Origin: Octopus bimaculoides
Lineage: Eukaryota
NCBI RefSeq assembly: GCF_001194135.2
Contig: NC_068988.1
Span: 47,624,594 to 47,688,593, forward strand
Length of the DNA stretch: 64,000 nt
Reading direction: 5' to 3'
The notes under the pieces were generated by a model that was not told the origin of the DNA, did not search any database, and saw only the letters and a program-made list of their open reading frames with translations. This document shows, piece by piece, positions 23,853 to 38,104 of the stretch; positions within the stretch are counted from its first letter, which is position 1; each line of letters starts with the position of its first letter. A program made the position numbers and the translations under genes.

Positions 23853-25148
23853 CGAAATTGCCTTTGACCCTCTGGTCGAAAACCGATGAGGAGTTGGTGA
23901 CCTGTTTTATGTTCGCCTCTGTATTTAGTATATGTACGTTTGTTTATTTACTACACGTTTTTATTACACACACATATATATATCCACATATGAATATGTA
24001 TATAAAGTTATGTCATATTTCCCGTTTGTNNNNNNNNNNNNNNNNNNNNNNNNNNNNNNNNNNNNNNNNNNNNNNNNNNNNNNNNNNNNNNNNNNNNNNN
24101 NNNNNNNNNNNNNNNNNNNNNNNNNNNNNNNNNNNNNNNNNNNNNNNNNNNNNNNNNNNNNNNNNNNNNNNNNNNNNNNNNNNNNNNNNNNNNNNNNNNN
24201 NNNNNNNNNNNNNNNNNNNNNNNNNNNNNNNNNNNNNNNNNNNNNNNNNNNNNNNNNNNNNNNNNNNNNNNNNNNNNNNNNNNNNNNNNNNNNNNNNNNN
24301 NNNNNNTATGTACGTTTGTTTATTTACTACACGTTTTTATTACACACACATATATATATCCACATATGAATATGTATATAAAGTTATGTCATATTTCCCG
24401 TTTGTTGTCTTCTTTTTATCTAATACTGAAAATATTATTTATGTAACGCACGTACTCCATAATTTTTTTACCCATTTGTAGAAATATTCTTAGAATAATT
24501 TTGTGCCACTCTATCTCTTCCTTTACTTTGCTTTTCTTAATTTCTTTTTCTTTCTCTCTCTCTTTCTCTGTTACCCTCCTCCCATTATCACGTGACCCGT
24601 GACGACCTAAGCCAGTGTCATTCTTTATCGTGTTGTCTTCGATCGGATTGATCACGAATTTCTGAGCTCTTCGCTCTACTCCTTTCATTTCTCCTTCATG
24701 TTACCCACTTTTGTCTTTTCTGGCAGCCCCAAGGATTTACTTTTGTTGTTGTTGTATATGTATTATTATTATTATTAATTGATGTCTTTATTCTGTTTAT
24801 TATTTTGCCCTTCGTCCGTCCACTAACGGTCTTGTCACGAGCTCATCTCGTTTTGGTATGTTTTGGTTCCATTCCCGGCAAGTTTCTTCCCGGTGCCTCC
24901 AGAGGGAAATCAATATTATCGATAATGATCGAAATTACGTTTGACCCTGCGGCCGATAACTGATGTGGAATTGATGACCTTCTATGTATTCTGTTTGCCT
25001 GTGTATTTAGTATATGTTCCGTTTGTTTATTTACTACACGGTTTTTTTTTTTTATCATATATGTCGGTATGTCATATTTTCCGTTTGTTGCTTTTTTTAA
25101 TCCTGAAAATAATGTTTATGTAACGCACGCACTCCTTCATTTTTACCC
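23853..25148 (+). repeat. Diverged direct repeat pair of about 220 bp (copy A from 23853, broken by a gap; copy B 24930-25148)
   Basis: Shared CGAAATT..TTTGACCCT..GG.CGA.AAC.GATG...TGTATTTAGTATATGT..GTTTGTTTATTTACTACACG...TGTCATATTT.CCGTTTGTTG...TGTAACGCACG.ACTCC. Confidence 0.85.
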
Positions 25149-25164
25149 CTATATAGAGAGAGAT

Positions 25165-25168
25165 AGAC

Positions 25169-25239
<71 letters not shown>

Positions 25240-25415
25240 TAAATAGTTAGATATACATATGTATATGTATATATACATATATCATGTGCATGTCTGTCTG
25301 TATATATGTAGGTAGATAGCAAGGTAGGTATGTAGGTAGGTATGTAGGTAGGTAGGTAGGTAGGTAGGTAGGTAGGTAGGTAGGTAGGTAGGTAGGTAGG
25401 TGGGTAGGTAGGTAT
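25165..25415. repeat. Compound microsatellite (TAGA)n-(GA)n...(TAGG)n
   Basis: Direct inspection. Confidence 0.95.
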
Positions 25416-26193
25416 ACACGCAGACACATACATGCATTCACAACACATGAACACAGGCACATCTGTGCTTATCAATACAGAAGACGGTCAGGGTATTTCT
25501 AATGAACAACTCAAAGTGAATGTTATTGGTGTCAGTATGCTTTAGTAAAAACAAAGAATCCGATAGAATACAATTTGTTTAGCCCGGAGATATTTCAGAG
25601 TCTAAATTAGCGAATAAAATGATAATAGAATTCCTGACAAGATACCCAGTGAAGCAAAATATAGGTCGTCAAACTCAAGGTTTTTTATAAACACCACACA
25701 TACGCGTATACTCCGCTCCACAGAATCAAATGGAGAGACGAAAACGTCATAGTCTGTTAATTTTGTAAACAAAACATTTGCCGAAACATGTACACGCACA
25801 CACGCACACACACATACATATACAAACTTTAAGTGTTCTCAAATATGTTGTGACATATTTTAATCTCTAAAGGCTATTTCACTGCAGTTTACTATAGAGA
25901 AAAATTTTCCAATTATAGTAAAGGAGTAAATACATCCTTAACAGTTCTGTGATGCCCTTTATCGGACAGCTACAAGAATTGATATTCCTTCCTCTGTGGG
26001 GAATATTAAAGACAGATAACCACGAGCTGATTAAAAAGTTTTAGCTTTAGAAAGAAGTACATGACTTCACAAAATATGTCCGACGTCGATTTGTGCATCG
26101 ACTAAAAGCCTTGGAGGCAGTGCCCTATTATAACCGTAGTCAAATGACTGAAATAAGTAAAAGATAAAAGATATATATAAATATATGTGTGTG

Positions 26194-26252
<59 letters not shown>

Positions 26253-26432
26253 ATGTGTGTGTGTGTGTGTGTGTGGATGTGTGTGCGTGTTTGTGTACGT
26301 ATAATAGGTGTTTAAAACCTTTAAGGGATGGTTAAATCCAAAGACGCTCCTGGAGATTACCTGCGTAGGTATAGTCCTTGGTAAAAAGGTATACAGTAGC
26401 AGGTAATTCAAAGGATAAGCCGTAGTTTAAAT

Positions 26433-26947
26433 TATATGCAAGAAGAAAATGAAGGAAAAATAACAGGAAGAAGTTGGTCCTTTGCGCTAGTAACCCATTA
26501 ATTTAATTAATTAATAAAGAAAAGTGGTAGTAAAAGTACGTTTACTATCGTTTCTGTTTACCAGTTGTAGTGGTAGACATCATCAGAATAGCCAGAATAA
26601 ACACGTGGAAAACATGCGCTTTGTTAAACTTCGGACTACAGATCAAACTAACCTCCATCCTACATCCATATCGCAGCAAAATTATCATCTAAGAAATCTA
26701 CTATAATGTAAGACTCAGCATTCTTTGTCTTTATTCTTGTTACCAATGTATCCCTATGTCTTTCGCTCTTCTTAACTCTACATATGACTCTGCATTCTGA
26801 TGATGTCTACCATTGCAACTGCTAAACGTAAATGATCGTAAATGTACTATTACTACCACTTATCTTTATTAATTAATTAAATTAATGGCTTACTAGCGCA
26901 AACGACCAACTTCTTGTTATTTATCCTCCATTTTCTTCTTGCATATA
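26433..26947. repeat. Long inverted repeat: arms about 26433-26596 and 26789-26947, spacer about 190 bp
   Basis: TATATGCAAGAAGAAAATG...GTTGGTC.TTTGCGCTAGTAA.CCATTAATTTAATTAATTAATAAAGA...TGGTAGACATCATCAGAAT is matched in reverse complement on the right. Confidence 0.93.
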
Positions 26948-28468
26948 TATATATATATATATATTATTATAAAATCTGGTAATTAGTCATATATTAACTA
27001 ATATCGATTAATTATCAGGAGGCCAGCACATCTAAAGAATCAAAGAGATTCAGAAATATTATCTGCAATCTCAGGGGATTAAGGTACATTTTAAAAAATA
27101 ACGTCGACCACTAACGTGGACAATTAATGCGCTAGAAATAGATCACATCTTGTGTCTATTAAGACCTAAATTGTTCTCAACATGAAATATAGCAGCATAC
27201 CAAAAACNNNNNNNNNNNNNNNNNNNNNNNNNNNNNNNNNNNNNNNNNNNNNNNNNNNNNNNNNNNNNNNNNNNNNNNNNNNNNNNNNNNNNNNNNNNNN
27301 NNNNNNNNNNNNNNNNNNNNNNNNNNNNNNNNNNNNNNNNNNNNNNNNNNNNNNNNNNNNNNNNNNNNNNNNNNNNNNNNNNNNNNNNNNNNNNNNNNNN
27401 NNNNNNNNNNNNNNNNNNNNNNNNNNNNNNNNNNNNNNNNNNNNNNNNNNNNNNNNNNNNNNNNNNNNNNNNNNNNNNNNNNNNNNNNNNNNNNNNNNNN
27501 NNNNNNNNNNNNNNNNNNNNNNNNNNNNNNNNNNNNNNNNNNNNNNNNNNNNNNNNNNNNNNNNNNNNNNNNNNNNNNNNNNNNNNNNNNNNNNNNNNNN
27601 NNNNNNNNNNNNNNNNNNNNNNNNNNNNNNNNNNNNNNNNNNNNNNNNNNNNNNNNNNNNNNNNNNNNNNNNNNNNNNNNNNNNNNNNNNNNNNNNNNNN
27701 NNNNNNNNNNNNNNNNNNNNNNNNNNNNNNNNNNNNNNNNNNNNNNNNNNNNNNNNNNNNNNNNNNNNNNNNNNNNNNNNNNNNNNNNNNNNNNNNNNNN
27801 NNNNNNNNNNNNNNNNNNNNNNNNNNNNNNNNNNNNNNNNNNNNNNNNNNNNNNNNNNNNNNNNNNNNNNNNNNNNNNNNNNATATATATATATATATAT
27901 ATACTTGCCACAAATCTAAAGATGGCTATAAATCCATACAAACACAACGTCAGTTCGTATTTTGAACGTTTGCAGAGAGTAATGTAATTACTCGTTTAAT
28001 TACTAACAACAATCCAGTTGTCATCAGAGGGGTTTTGTTTGCTTATTTCAAAGCCAGACTACGTAGACCAAACCTTAACTCTATATCTGTGGTGAATTCT
28101 AATTTGCCGTCACACTTGGTCATTTCTCCTACAGCTGTCTCATCTGACTAACCTGGAAACATGGAGAAGTAAGCGACAGTAAATCTCCACGAATTGGTTT
28201 ACTTAGACTCGAAGTCATTTTACCGAACAGCCAGCAACAATTGTTCAAATTTTATCTGGGTCAACCAATTAATAGCAGCTTGTCTGTCCCTAAAATGAAC
28301 ACACCTATGTAGCTGAATGTGGACGCGCTTATGTTAAGTACCTGAAATTTTAAATACGTTGCTTCCTTCCTACAAAACTCCGAGTAAACGGCCCAACAGG
28401 TCGCTAATGTATGCCGATATACAGGCACACACGCATACGCATGTATTTGTGATCGTGTGTGTGTAAAA

Positions 28469-28500
<32 letters not shown>

Positions 28501-28673
28501 CTGTGTGTGTGTGCATATTAGTATGTAGATGGTGTTTGTTTAAATTGCGACTTACATAGCCATTTATTGTTCTAGCAAATTGCAGCGATTTCATACTAAA
28601 ATATGCAAGGAGAATATGAGACGATTATAAAACTGTAACACATGCACACATAAATGCATATTCATATGTGCGT

Positions 28674-28712
<39 letters not shown>

Positions 28713-28784
28713 TGTGTGTGTGTGAATGTGTGTGTGCGTGTGTCCGTTGCGTTTGTGCGCGCACGCNNNNNNNNNNNNNNNNNN

Positions 28785-28824
<40 letters not shown>

Positions 28825-29049
28825 CTAATTTTATTATTTTCTCGTGCTTTTTCCCCAATATTTTTATATCAACTCCTTGCAATTTTTGGGGAATAGTAAA
28901 TTCTCTAAATCCATCATTGAAGTTTTATCGTAGACTCATCTTTAAGATGAAGAACTGTTGCATACATTCCTACAACTTTACTGTAGGCTATGTCAACGTA
29001 ATTGATGCTTACAATATTACTAGACTTTGAACTTTTGACATTTGATTTA

Positions 29050-29400
29050 TACGTCATTAGGCAGGTGCTTGTTTCTATTTGAGACTACTGTGTGTTATCT
29101 CTGTGCTTAATTTAGTTTAATGCTGCGTTGGAAGTGTTGATTCTATCATCAATCATCTATTTTTGTGGGGAATTCTGCCGAGTATAGATGTGTTATCTAC
29201 TCACATTTTCTTTGTTTTATTTTGTGTGATATGGTATCATACTTTACAATTGCACCATGGAAATGAATGGTGAGTTGGCGCGATTGTCATACTTGTATGG
29301 CCAGTATAACCACTTCAGTCATGAAATCTACTGCTTTCACATTTGTAATTGAATTTATAAATGAAACACTGTAATCATTAATAGCTTGTTCAATGTTTTA
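29050..29400 (-). mobile_element. Possible decayed LINE RT fragment (Jockey/I-like)
   Basis: A-rich minus strand with a KYDTISH remnant resembling KAFDTV.H. Confidence 0.3.
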
Positions 29401-30222
29401 TAGCATTTTGTGTTGTGTTTTAATTGTAGTCATTTTGAAATATACTATCAGTATTAGTTAATGATCAGGTATAATAAATTTCCTATTCTATTTTATGTAG
29501 TTTTAATTATGTGATCATCTATTCCATAGCTAGTGTGCTTTTAAGTCATATAATACACTTTACGTGTGGCTTGTGTATTATTTAATAGGACACTATCTCG
29601 TACATTTACGTTGTTTTTTTAACTGTATTGTTTTACAGCTTTGTCTGTAATTTTTTTCAGAATACCTATTCTTGATTAGAGTTTTGTTTCTTTCCTGATT
29701 TTTCACTTAGTGCTATGATTCTCAAGTGGAATCTAAATCTTTTCTTAGTAAGGATTTTATCATAAATATCTTGTGTTAGTATGTGCATTCACTATCTTCA
29801 AGGAAGTAAATGTATGAATTTATATGTATGGTAAAAGCAGACAACGTGCGTCTGTTATTTTCTATCTTGTTCTTTACGTCCAAAACTGGAGTTATTTTAT
29901 TCCCAATAATTTTACTTGTTCTGTACAAAAATACATATCATCTCGATATTGCCATAAATAGCAGCAATATTTGCTTCAAATCTCTATATTAAACAATAAA
30001 AATACATATTGGATAACGTAGTCGTGAATAACCTTTAAATTAATGGGATCACAACCACCAGGTTACGGACTAGTGCCAGGCGACGGATCATTTGGTGCAG
30101 AGCCGCACAGAAAGAATAAACTTACAAAATTTATTTCTTTTTATTGACTATCGCAGACTACTGAGTGTATTTGTGCATTGTATATGGATTGTATGTGATA
30201 TGTACATACGTATAACATATGT

Positions 30223-30593
30223 GTGGAAGCGCAATGGTCCAGTGGTATGGGCAGCGGACTCGCGGTCATGGGATCGCGGTTTCAATTCCCAGACCGGGCG
30301 TTGTGAGTGTTTATTGAGCGAAAACACATAAAGCTCCATGTGGCTCCGGCAGGGAATGGTGACGAACCCTGCTGTACTTTTTCACCACAACTTTCTCTTA
30401 CTCTGTTGTGCCTGTAATTCAAAGGGTCAGCCTTGTCACACTGCGTTACACTGAATCTCCCCGAGAACTACGTTAAGGGTACACGTGTCTGTGGAGTGCT
30501 CAGCCACTTGCACGTTAATTTCACGAGCAGGCTGTTCCGTTGATCGGATCAACTGGAACCCCCAACGTCGTAAGCGACGGAGTGCCAACAACA
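30223..30593 (+). mobile_element. SINE family B, full length
   Basis: High similarity to 6292-6678 along its length, with a short internal deletion. Confidence 0.92.
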
Positions 30594-30804
30594 TGTATGT
30601 AATAAGTAAATTATATATGATACAATTTATTGCGCTTTGTTATGCGCTTGATTCTCCGGTCCATAGAAAAATTGCCTAGCATGACACCAGTCTGATGTGC
30701 AAATGGTGGAATGATAATAGCTACATTATGTTTGATTACAGATCTGATAGTAGACCCGTAACTAACCAACAATAACAACCATAATAAAAACAGCGACAAA
30801 CAAT

Positions 30805-31000
30805 GAGAGACCCTCTACTTGTTCACTCGACTTCTTAGTATTCTTCTAGAAATAAAATCTAACCATCTGAAAAGGGCATACATTGGATAATATATTTCCC
30901 AACGATCTAGAACAGTATAACGGATTGGTCAAGGTTAGAATGTCATTGTTCATAGGTCTATTCGATCCGGAAAGACGTGGTTTTAAACAACAACAACGAC
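30805..31000 (+). mobile_element. Dispersed repeat family E with (AAC)n tail; related copies at about 35095-35295(+), 56255-56460(-), 57000-57190(+)
   Basis: Shared CTCGAC/GGCCTGCTAGAAATAGC...GGATGGTCAC.G.TGGAATG...CATAGG motifs. Confidence 0.6.
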
Positions 31001-31854
31001 AACAATGACAGCGACATTTATAACAGCTACAAAAGCAATCGTTATGACAGCAAACCAGTGACAGCTAACAACAGCAACATTTATAACAATAACCGCAACA
31101 AGAACACAGCAATAACAGCTATGACAACAAAACAATAACAACAACACTTTTAACAATATGAGCGACGAAGAGAGTAAAAGCAAATCAACAAGAAGCACAA
31201 CAACAGCAACACCAAGAACAACAATGGTGGCAACAAAACAATTTTCTTTCACACTTTTCTTTGTCGTTCTTATTGAAAATGCATCACTTTTATTTCTTCC
31301 CATTAAAACCTCAATTTAATAGGCAAACAGCACTCAGTCTGTTTGGTTTAATTCAAGATCCAGACGCAAATAATAACTTAATCACACACACAGAAACACA
31401 CACAGAAACACACACACACACGCATGCACACAGAGACAAACACACGCATACATAATACATCATTACGTACATACACACAAACATATATACGTATACACAG
31501 ACATAAACAGCGCACGAGTTGAATTATAACTCGCTCATGTCACTTTTCATAAAAATATATTAACATTTTGTAAAAGACTTTTGTCTTTGTTGTATTTTTC
31601 GAGATATATTTACGTGTAAATGTATGTGCGTGTGAGAGTGTGTGCGCGCGCACACACACACGCACACTCACGCACACACGCACACACAGAGAATTATTGT
31701 ACATTGTACATTGTATCAATCTTTCTATCTTTTTATCTATTTAATACAGACACAAACAAATATATCTACATGCATGCGTATTTGACATACACATATATAC
31801 ATACATACATACATACAAACATACATACATACATATATACATACATACAAACAA

Positions 31855-31886
<32 letters not shown>

Positions 31887-33079
31887 GTGTGTGTGTCTGT
31901 GTGCGTGTAGACATGCATGTGCGTGTGTATAATAATGTCCATGCGTATAATATATATACATATGTACAACTAGTTCTATGAGGACGGGATTTGGCTGTGT
32001 ATTTTGTTGCTATTTTATGTCCCATGTTTTCCTGCAATTTTCAAAATACTTTTTGGCTTCTTTGTTATTGTCTGATTTTAATTTAGTTATTTTCTGGTAA
32101 ATTTTATATTTTATCCTTAGGTGTTTTTATTTGTATAATTCCGTTTTCTTCACCCACGATGTCTGTTAATTCTTCAACTAAACGTAATCATTGGAGACAA
32201 CAAATTTCTCTTCTTTTCCTTTTTAATTTTAAATTATCATATTTTTTAAAATAATCTATTTGTTTTTCATATTTCAAAAACTTTCTCTCGCTTGTTTTCC
32301 AACATTATTTGCGCACGCGTGTACGTGTTTGTGTGTGTCAATGTCTTGTAGATGTGAGTGTATGTATATGATTGTATGTCTGTGAGTGTATTTATGTGGG
32401 TTCATCATAAATCAGGTTTATTCTGGATATTTTTAATTTTGTAAAAGTATAGAAAAATACATATATAAGTAACTTGAGTGACGGGATAGTTTGCATTTCA
32501 GAAGAGCTTACTGACCACAATATATCCTCGCCTCCTTTGTTAAGTATTTACTTTAAGCTATCGGTTGATTGTATTACAGAAGAAATGAATTTCCTTGTTA
32601 TTCTATGAACCTTAAAGGTAAATTAATACTCAAGTGATACTAAACGTAAATTAATACTCTCATAGCTTGTGTTATGCCCAACAGGGAAGCTGGACTCAGC
32701 ATTCATTTAATTACGCCGCAGAAATGCTAAAGTGATCGAAAAAGAAAACATGGAAGGAGTATGTTTGTATGTGAGCAATCGCGTATCTGTGTTTATGCCT
32801 GTGTCTGTCACTCACCACTTAACAACGCTCTGTTGATTTCTTTACATCCTCGTAACATGTCGGTTCGTCAGAAAGATATTGAGAGAGTAAATATCGGACT
32901 TAAAGAAAGAATATGTACTGGAATTGATTTGATCCACTAAACATTTCAAGAGTGTGCACCAGCATAACTGCAGTCCAAACATTGAAAAAGAGTAAAAGAG
33001 AAATATCACAAAATTTGCTTGTGTCCATTGCATTTTATTGTCAATTTTTCTAAAATACATTCTATCTTTAATTAGAATC

Positions 33080-33290
33080 GTGAAGACACGTGATTAAACG
33101 GTTAGGGTGTTGGACATGTGAGTGTAAGATTATGGTTTTGATTCCTAGACCAGGCAACGTGTTGTGTACTTGAGGAAAACACTTCATTTCATGTTGCTCC
33201 AGTTCACTCAGCTGGCAAAAAGGAATAAACGTGTGACGGATCGGCGTCCCGTCCAGGAGGGGAATCTATACACCATGACAACAGGGAAAC
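33080..33290 (+). mobile_element. tRNA-derived SINE related to family D in its 5' part
   Basis: GTGAAGACACGTG..GGTTAGGGTGTTGG...TTGATTCC...TTGAGGAAAACACTT...GCTCCAGTTCACTCAGCTG. Confidence 0.7.
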
Positions 33291-33529
33291 CAACCATTAT
33301 GAGTCTGTATGACGCGGGAAGGAACTTCACATTTATTTTACTAATTGGTTTCAAAATAAGGGATAACAAACATACAAATATAACGATGACATAAAACACG
33401 TAATGACAAGATAGAATAGCACAAGCACCTGATTTGTAGGGGTCTTTACTAGACTCCTGTCTTACAAGCATGTAGACATAGTATCGGATTCTGTATACCT
33501 TCCTCACAGCAATGCTGAAGACTTAATCT

Positions 33530-33685
33530 TTTCTCGTTTATTTGTTTCAGTCATTAGACTCTGCCATACCAGAACAACACCTTAAAGAGTTTATTTTCGT
33601 GGTCAAACCAGATACTTCTCTTACCGATCGCTTTAACTGAACTGCTAATTTACGGAGACAAACAAAACAAATACCGTTGTCAAGC
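33530..33685 (-). mobile_element. SINE family C, 3' part
   Basis: TTGTTTCAGTCATTAGACT..GCCAT matches the reverse-complemented family C tail. Confidence 0.7.
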
Positions 33686-33692
33686 AAGAATG

Positions 33693-33753
<61 letters not shown>

Positions 33754-34237
33754 NNNNNNNNNNNNNNNNNNNNNNNNNNNNNNNNNNNNNNNNNNNNNNN
33801 NNNNNNNNNNNNNNNNNNNNNNNNNNNNNNNNNNNNNNNNNNNNNNNNNNNNNNNNNNNNNNNNNNNNNNNNNNNNNNNNNNNNNNNNNNNNNNNNNNNN
33901 NNNNNNNNNNNNNNNNNNNNNNNNNNNNNNNNNNNNNNNNNNNNNNNNNNNNNNNNNNNNNNNNNNNNNNNNNNNNNNNNNNNNNNNNNNNNNNNNNNNN
34001 NNNNNNNNNNNNNNNNNNNNNNNNNNNNNNNNNNNNNNNNNNNNNNNNNNNNNNNNNNNNNNNNNNNNNNNNNNNNNNNNNNNNNNNNNNNNNNNNNNNN
34101 NNNNNNNNNNNNNNNNNNNNNNNNNNNNNNNNNNNNNNNNNNNNNNNNNNNNNNNNNNNNNNNNNNNNNNNNNNNNNNNNNNNNNNNNNNNNNNNNNNNN
34201 NNNNNNNNNNNNNNNNNNNNNNNNNNNNNNNNNNNNN

Positions 34238-34275
<38 letters not shown>

Positions 34276-34758
34276 CATGTATGTATTATATGTGTGTGTG
34301 ACTGTGTTTGTCCCCCCACCATCGCATGACAACCAATGTTGGTGTCTTTACGGGATCTACATTTTTCATTCGCAAAATATGCATCTTTTAAAACATCTGA
34401 AAATCGGCTATAATAATGTAGCCTTCCAGTCTCATTGCTTTGAAGGTTTGATGTTGTGGAGAAAACAAATAGAGAAAAATGTTACAGAGGTTTAAAAATC
34501 GAAAAAATTGTGTATGTTTTAGCCAATATCGAGACAGAAATTTTCTGTGTTTCTCTGTTCGACGATATCCCTCTCAGTTCTTGTTACGTGGGATAAAATT
34601 CAGTTAAGCTGCTGAAATGTGAAGCTAAAGGTTTAAGAAATACCCCTAATTTAAGTTTTTCTGAATAGAATTAACCTAGTGAAATCATAAATCCAGCTAT
34701 CTAATACTAACACACAGCACGAACACAGTCAAATGACTGAAAAAAAATGTCTAAAAGA

Positions 34759-34837
<79 letters not shown>

Positions 34838-36709
34838 CATACATAATCACACATATGTTTAGGATGGTCTTCTTCATAGTTTCCATCTACAAAAACATTA
34901 CATCATAAGGTACTGATCTACCAGTGGCTATAGTAGATGACACCCTAGGTGCCATGCAGGGAATGTAAAGCCGAAATCATATTGCTGCAAAGCGAACTTT
35001 TAAATCACGCACTCGTGCTTGGTAAAAGTTATAACTGATGGCCCTACTCTGTGTAAGCCACTAAAATCAAACAGAGCGTTAGCAAACACGTCGGGAGCCT
35101 TTACGCATTAGTTTTATCGGCTAGAAATAGTAATAAAATCCCCTTGAAAACTTTTCTGAGAGAGACACAAACGATAACAAATATACTTCTACCTATCTTG
35201 TCTGTAATAGTAGCAGGATGGTCACAGTTGGAATGTCTCTGATTATAGAATTGCTTATTCAGAGCTCACCTGTGGTTAAATAATTGTAATAACAGCGGTA
35301 GAGTCATTTCTGTCAATGCTAAATATGTCTCGCTAGTGGTGAATAGATACTTTTCAATGAAACAAATGAAGTTGAAATGTGAAACTGCTGTTTCGCTGTT
35401 CATGAAAACCTTACAACCACTTAGCCAGACTTAAAGAACATTTTTCTATTATCTTAAATGTCTCTATTGAGACATAGTGAGTGATGGTAATATTTAAAAA
35501 TTTGGCAGCTTCTGAATAAAACAATTTCTGATTCTATAAATTTGTAAAACTGAGATTTAGCAATCATTGTTTGCAAAGCTTTCCCTTATCGGTAGCTGAA
35601 TAAACTTGGAAATATTGAAAAACTAATGAAAAGGAGAGGTTTACGAAAGATAAATTCCATCTTTGTCTGCAATATTATTCTACTCGGAAGCTTTTCCTGC
35701 TTTGTACATGTGTGTATGTGTGTGCATGTGTATACGTGTGCGTGTGTATGTATGAGCGTGTGTGTGTGTTTGTGTGTGAACATGTGTGTTTGTGTGTATT
35801 TTGCTATCGATAGAATATTTGAGTGGAATGAAAAGCCGATGAATAAAAACCGCATTGTTTCTGAAAATCCGATGGATTATTGTTAATTTATCATATAGTT
35901 GCCTAACAACAACAATAACAACAACAGCAACAACAAAAGCTGCAACAAGCACAATAGAAACAATAATAACGACAATGACAACAAACAATAATGACTTCAA
36001 CAATTGCAGCATCAAGAAGAAGAACATCAACAATATATCCGTAGACATCTCCTACAAAAACCCATCAATACCATCAACCGTGAAAATATTGAAGATAACT
36101 GCTGCGGCAGTACCAAAAGAAGTTGTTCATTTCAATGGGGAAACTGAAAACAGTCGGTGAAACTAGGCATTCATTATATGCAATAGTGAAAGATTTTCAA
36201 TTCCATTCAATTGTTACTGAGAGAAGAGGAATTGATGTAGTTGAAAATGTCTTTTAAAGACAAATATCATTATTTCTTCTGTGAAAATAAGAAGGAAAAA
36301 AATACGAATCAACAGTGATTGATAACTCAGCAATTCAGGAATGTGAAGTAGGATTAAGAATAAACGTTTTCACCATCTAACTTTAAAATGACCGGCTGCA
36401 GACAATTTTTAAATAAGCAGTATTAACTAGAATACGCCAGCATAACAAATGATATACAGGCAGAGCCAATCTCACATAAACACCGTGTATGAACTCTAAG
36501 GAATTTACAAGTATTTATATGGGAAATTGGGACATACCAAAGAAATAATGCAGCAAAGGAAATGTTAAATTGACTATCTTCAGTTGTGATAACAAACAGA
36601 AAGCTAAAATCAAAACCAACAGTCTCCCGGTCTTATACATACATACATACATACTATATACATATATTCATACATATATATGCATATATACATATATATA
36701 TGCATATAT

Positions 36710-36757
<48 letters not shown>

Positions 36758-37342
36758 NNNNNNNNNNNNNNNNNNNNNNNNNNNNNNNNNNNNNNNNNNN
36801 NNNNNNNNNNNNNNNNNNNNNNNNNNNNNNNNNNNNNNNNNNNNNNNNNNNNNNNNNNNNNNNNNNNNNNNNNNNNNNNNNNNNNNNNNNNNNNNNNNNN
36901 NNNNNNNNNNNNNNNNNNNNNNNNNNNNNNNNNNNNNNNNNNNNNNNNNNNNNNNNNNNNNNNNNNNNNNNNNNNNNNNNNNNNNNNNNNNNNNNNNNNN
37001 NNNNNNNNNNNNNNNNNNNNNNNNNNNNNNNNNNNNNNNNNNNNNNNNNNNNNNNNNNNNNNNNNNNNNNNNNNNNNNNNNNNNNNNNNNNNNNNNNNNN
37101 NNNNNNNNNNNNNNNNNNNNNNNNNNNNNNNNNNNNNNNNNNNNNNNNNNNNNNNNNNNNNNNNNNNNNNNNNNNNNNNNNNNNNNNNNNNNNNNNNNNN
37201 NNNNNNNNNNNNNNNNNNNNNNNNNNNNNNNNNNNNNNNNNNNNNNTAACACCAAATATACAGTGCGTGTGTTTTTATTGGCTAAACTGGCAACATGACC
37301 ATCCCCAAGTACAACAATATATATATATATATATATATACAT

Positions 37343-37381
<39 letters not shown>

Positions 37382-37460
37382 AACACATGTATAGATAGAT
37401 ATGCATACATGTATATACATTTATGCAAGTATATATATATATAAATATATATGTATATAC

Positions 37461-37493
<33 letters not shown>

Positions 37494-37856
37494 CGCGCGC
37501 GCGTGTGTGTGTGCATCGTTGTTATTATGCAAAAGAGTCGTATGTCCGAAACGATGCTTTCTCAGAAAACGAAAAAATATTTTCACTATTCCATTTCTGT
37601 TTACATTAGCAACGGTTTCAGCTTAACAATCATACTTTATTCTGTATATAAAATCGTAACTCCATGCATATATGATATTTTCAATCAGAAATATTTTTCG
37701 CAAAACTGTTGTAAGTGGGACTTACTAAACTTGGCATCTGAAGCATCTGGAAATAAAATAGTTTAACCAAGATATCCAGCTATTGCAAACAAAATTAAAT
37801 ATTGAAAAGAAACGCTTTGGCCAAATTTGGACATACGACAGTTTAACATAACAACG

Positions 37857-37906
<50 letters not shown>

Positions 37907-38104
37907 ATTTCCCAACATAACGTAGCAGTCCTGCACAGTATTATGCTACTACTTTTTAACCCATGGAAAACATCTTTTCCAGATGGTTTATCGACACATG
38001 GTCTCTGTCCGAGATTATAATGTAAATAACGGAGCCTACCACTCCCTTCTAGCCGTTGGAAATATCAGCAGACCAATGGTTTCTGGGTATAGATTGGTCA
38101 CAAA

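Noticed and set aside
23930-24405. Exact duplication of about 100 bp on both sides of the gap at 24030-24306
   Set aside because: Identical sequence at facing contig ends is a typical unmerged-overlap assembly artefact.
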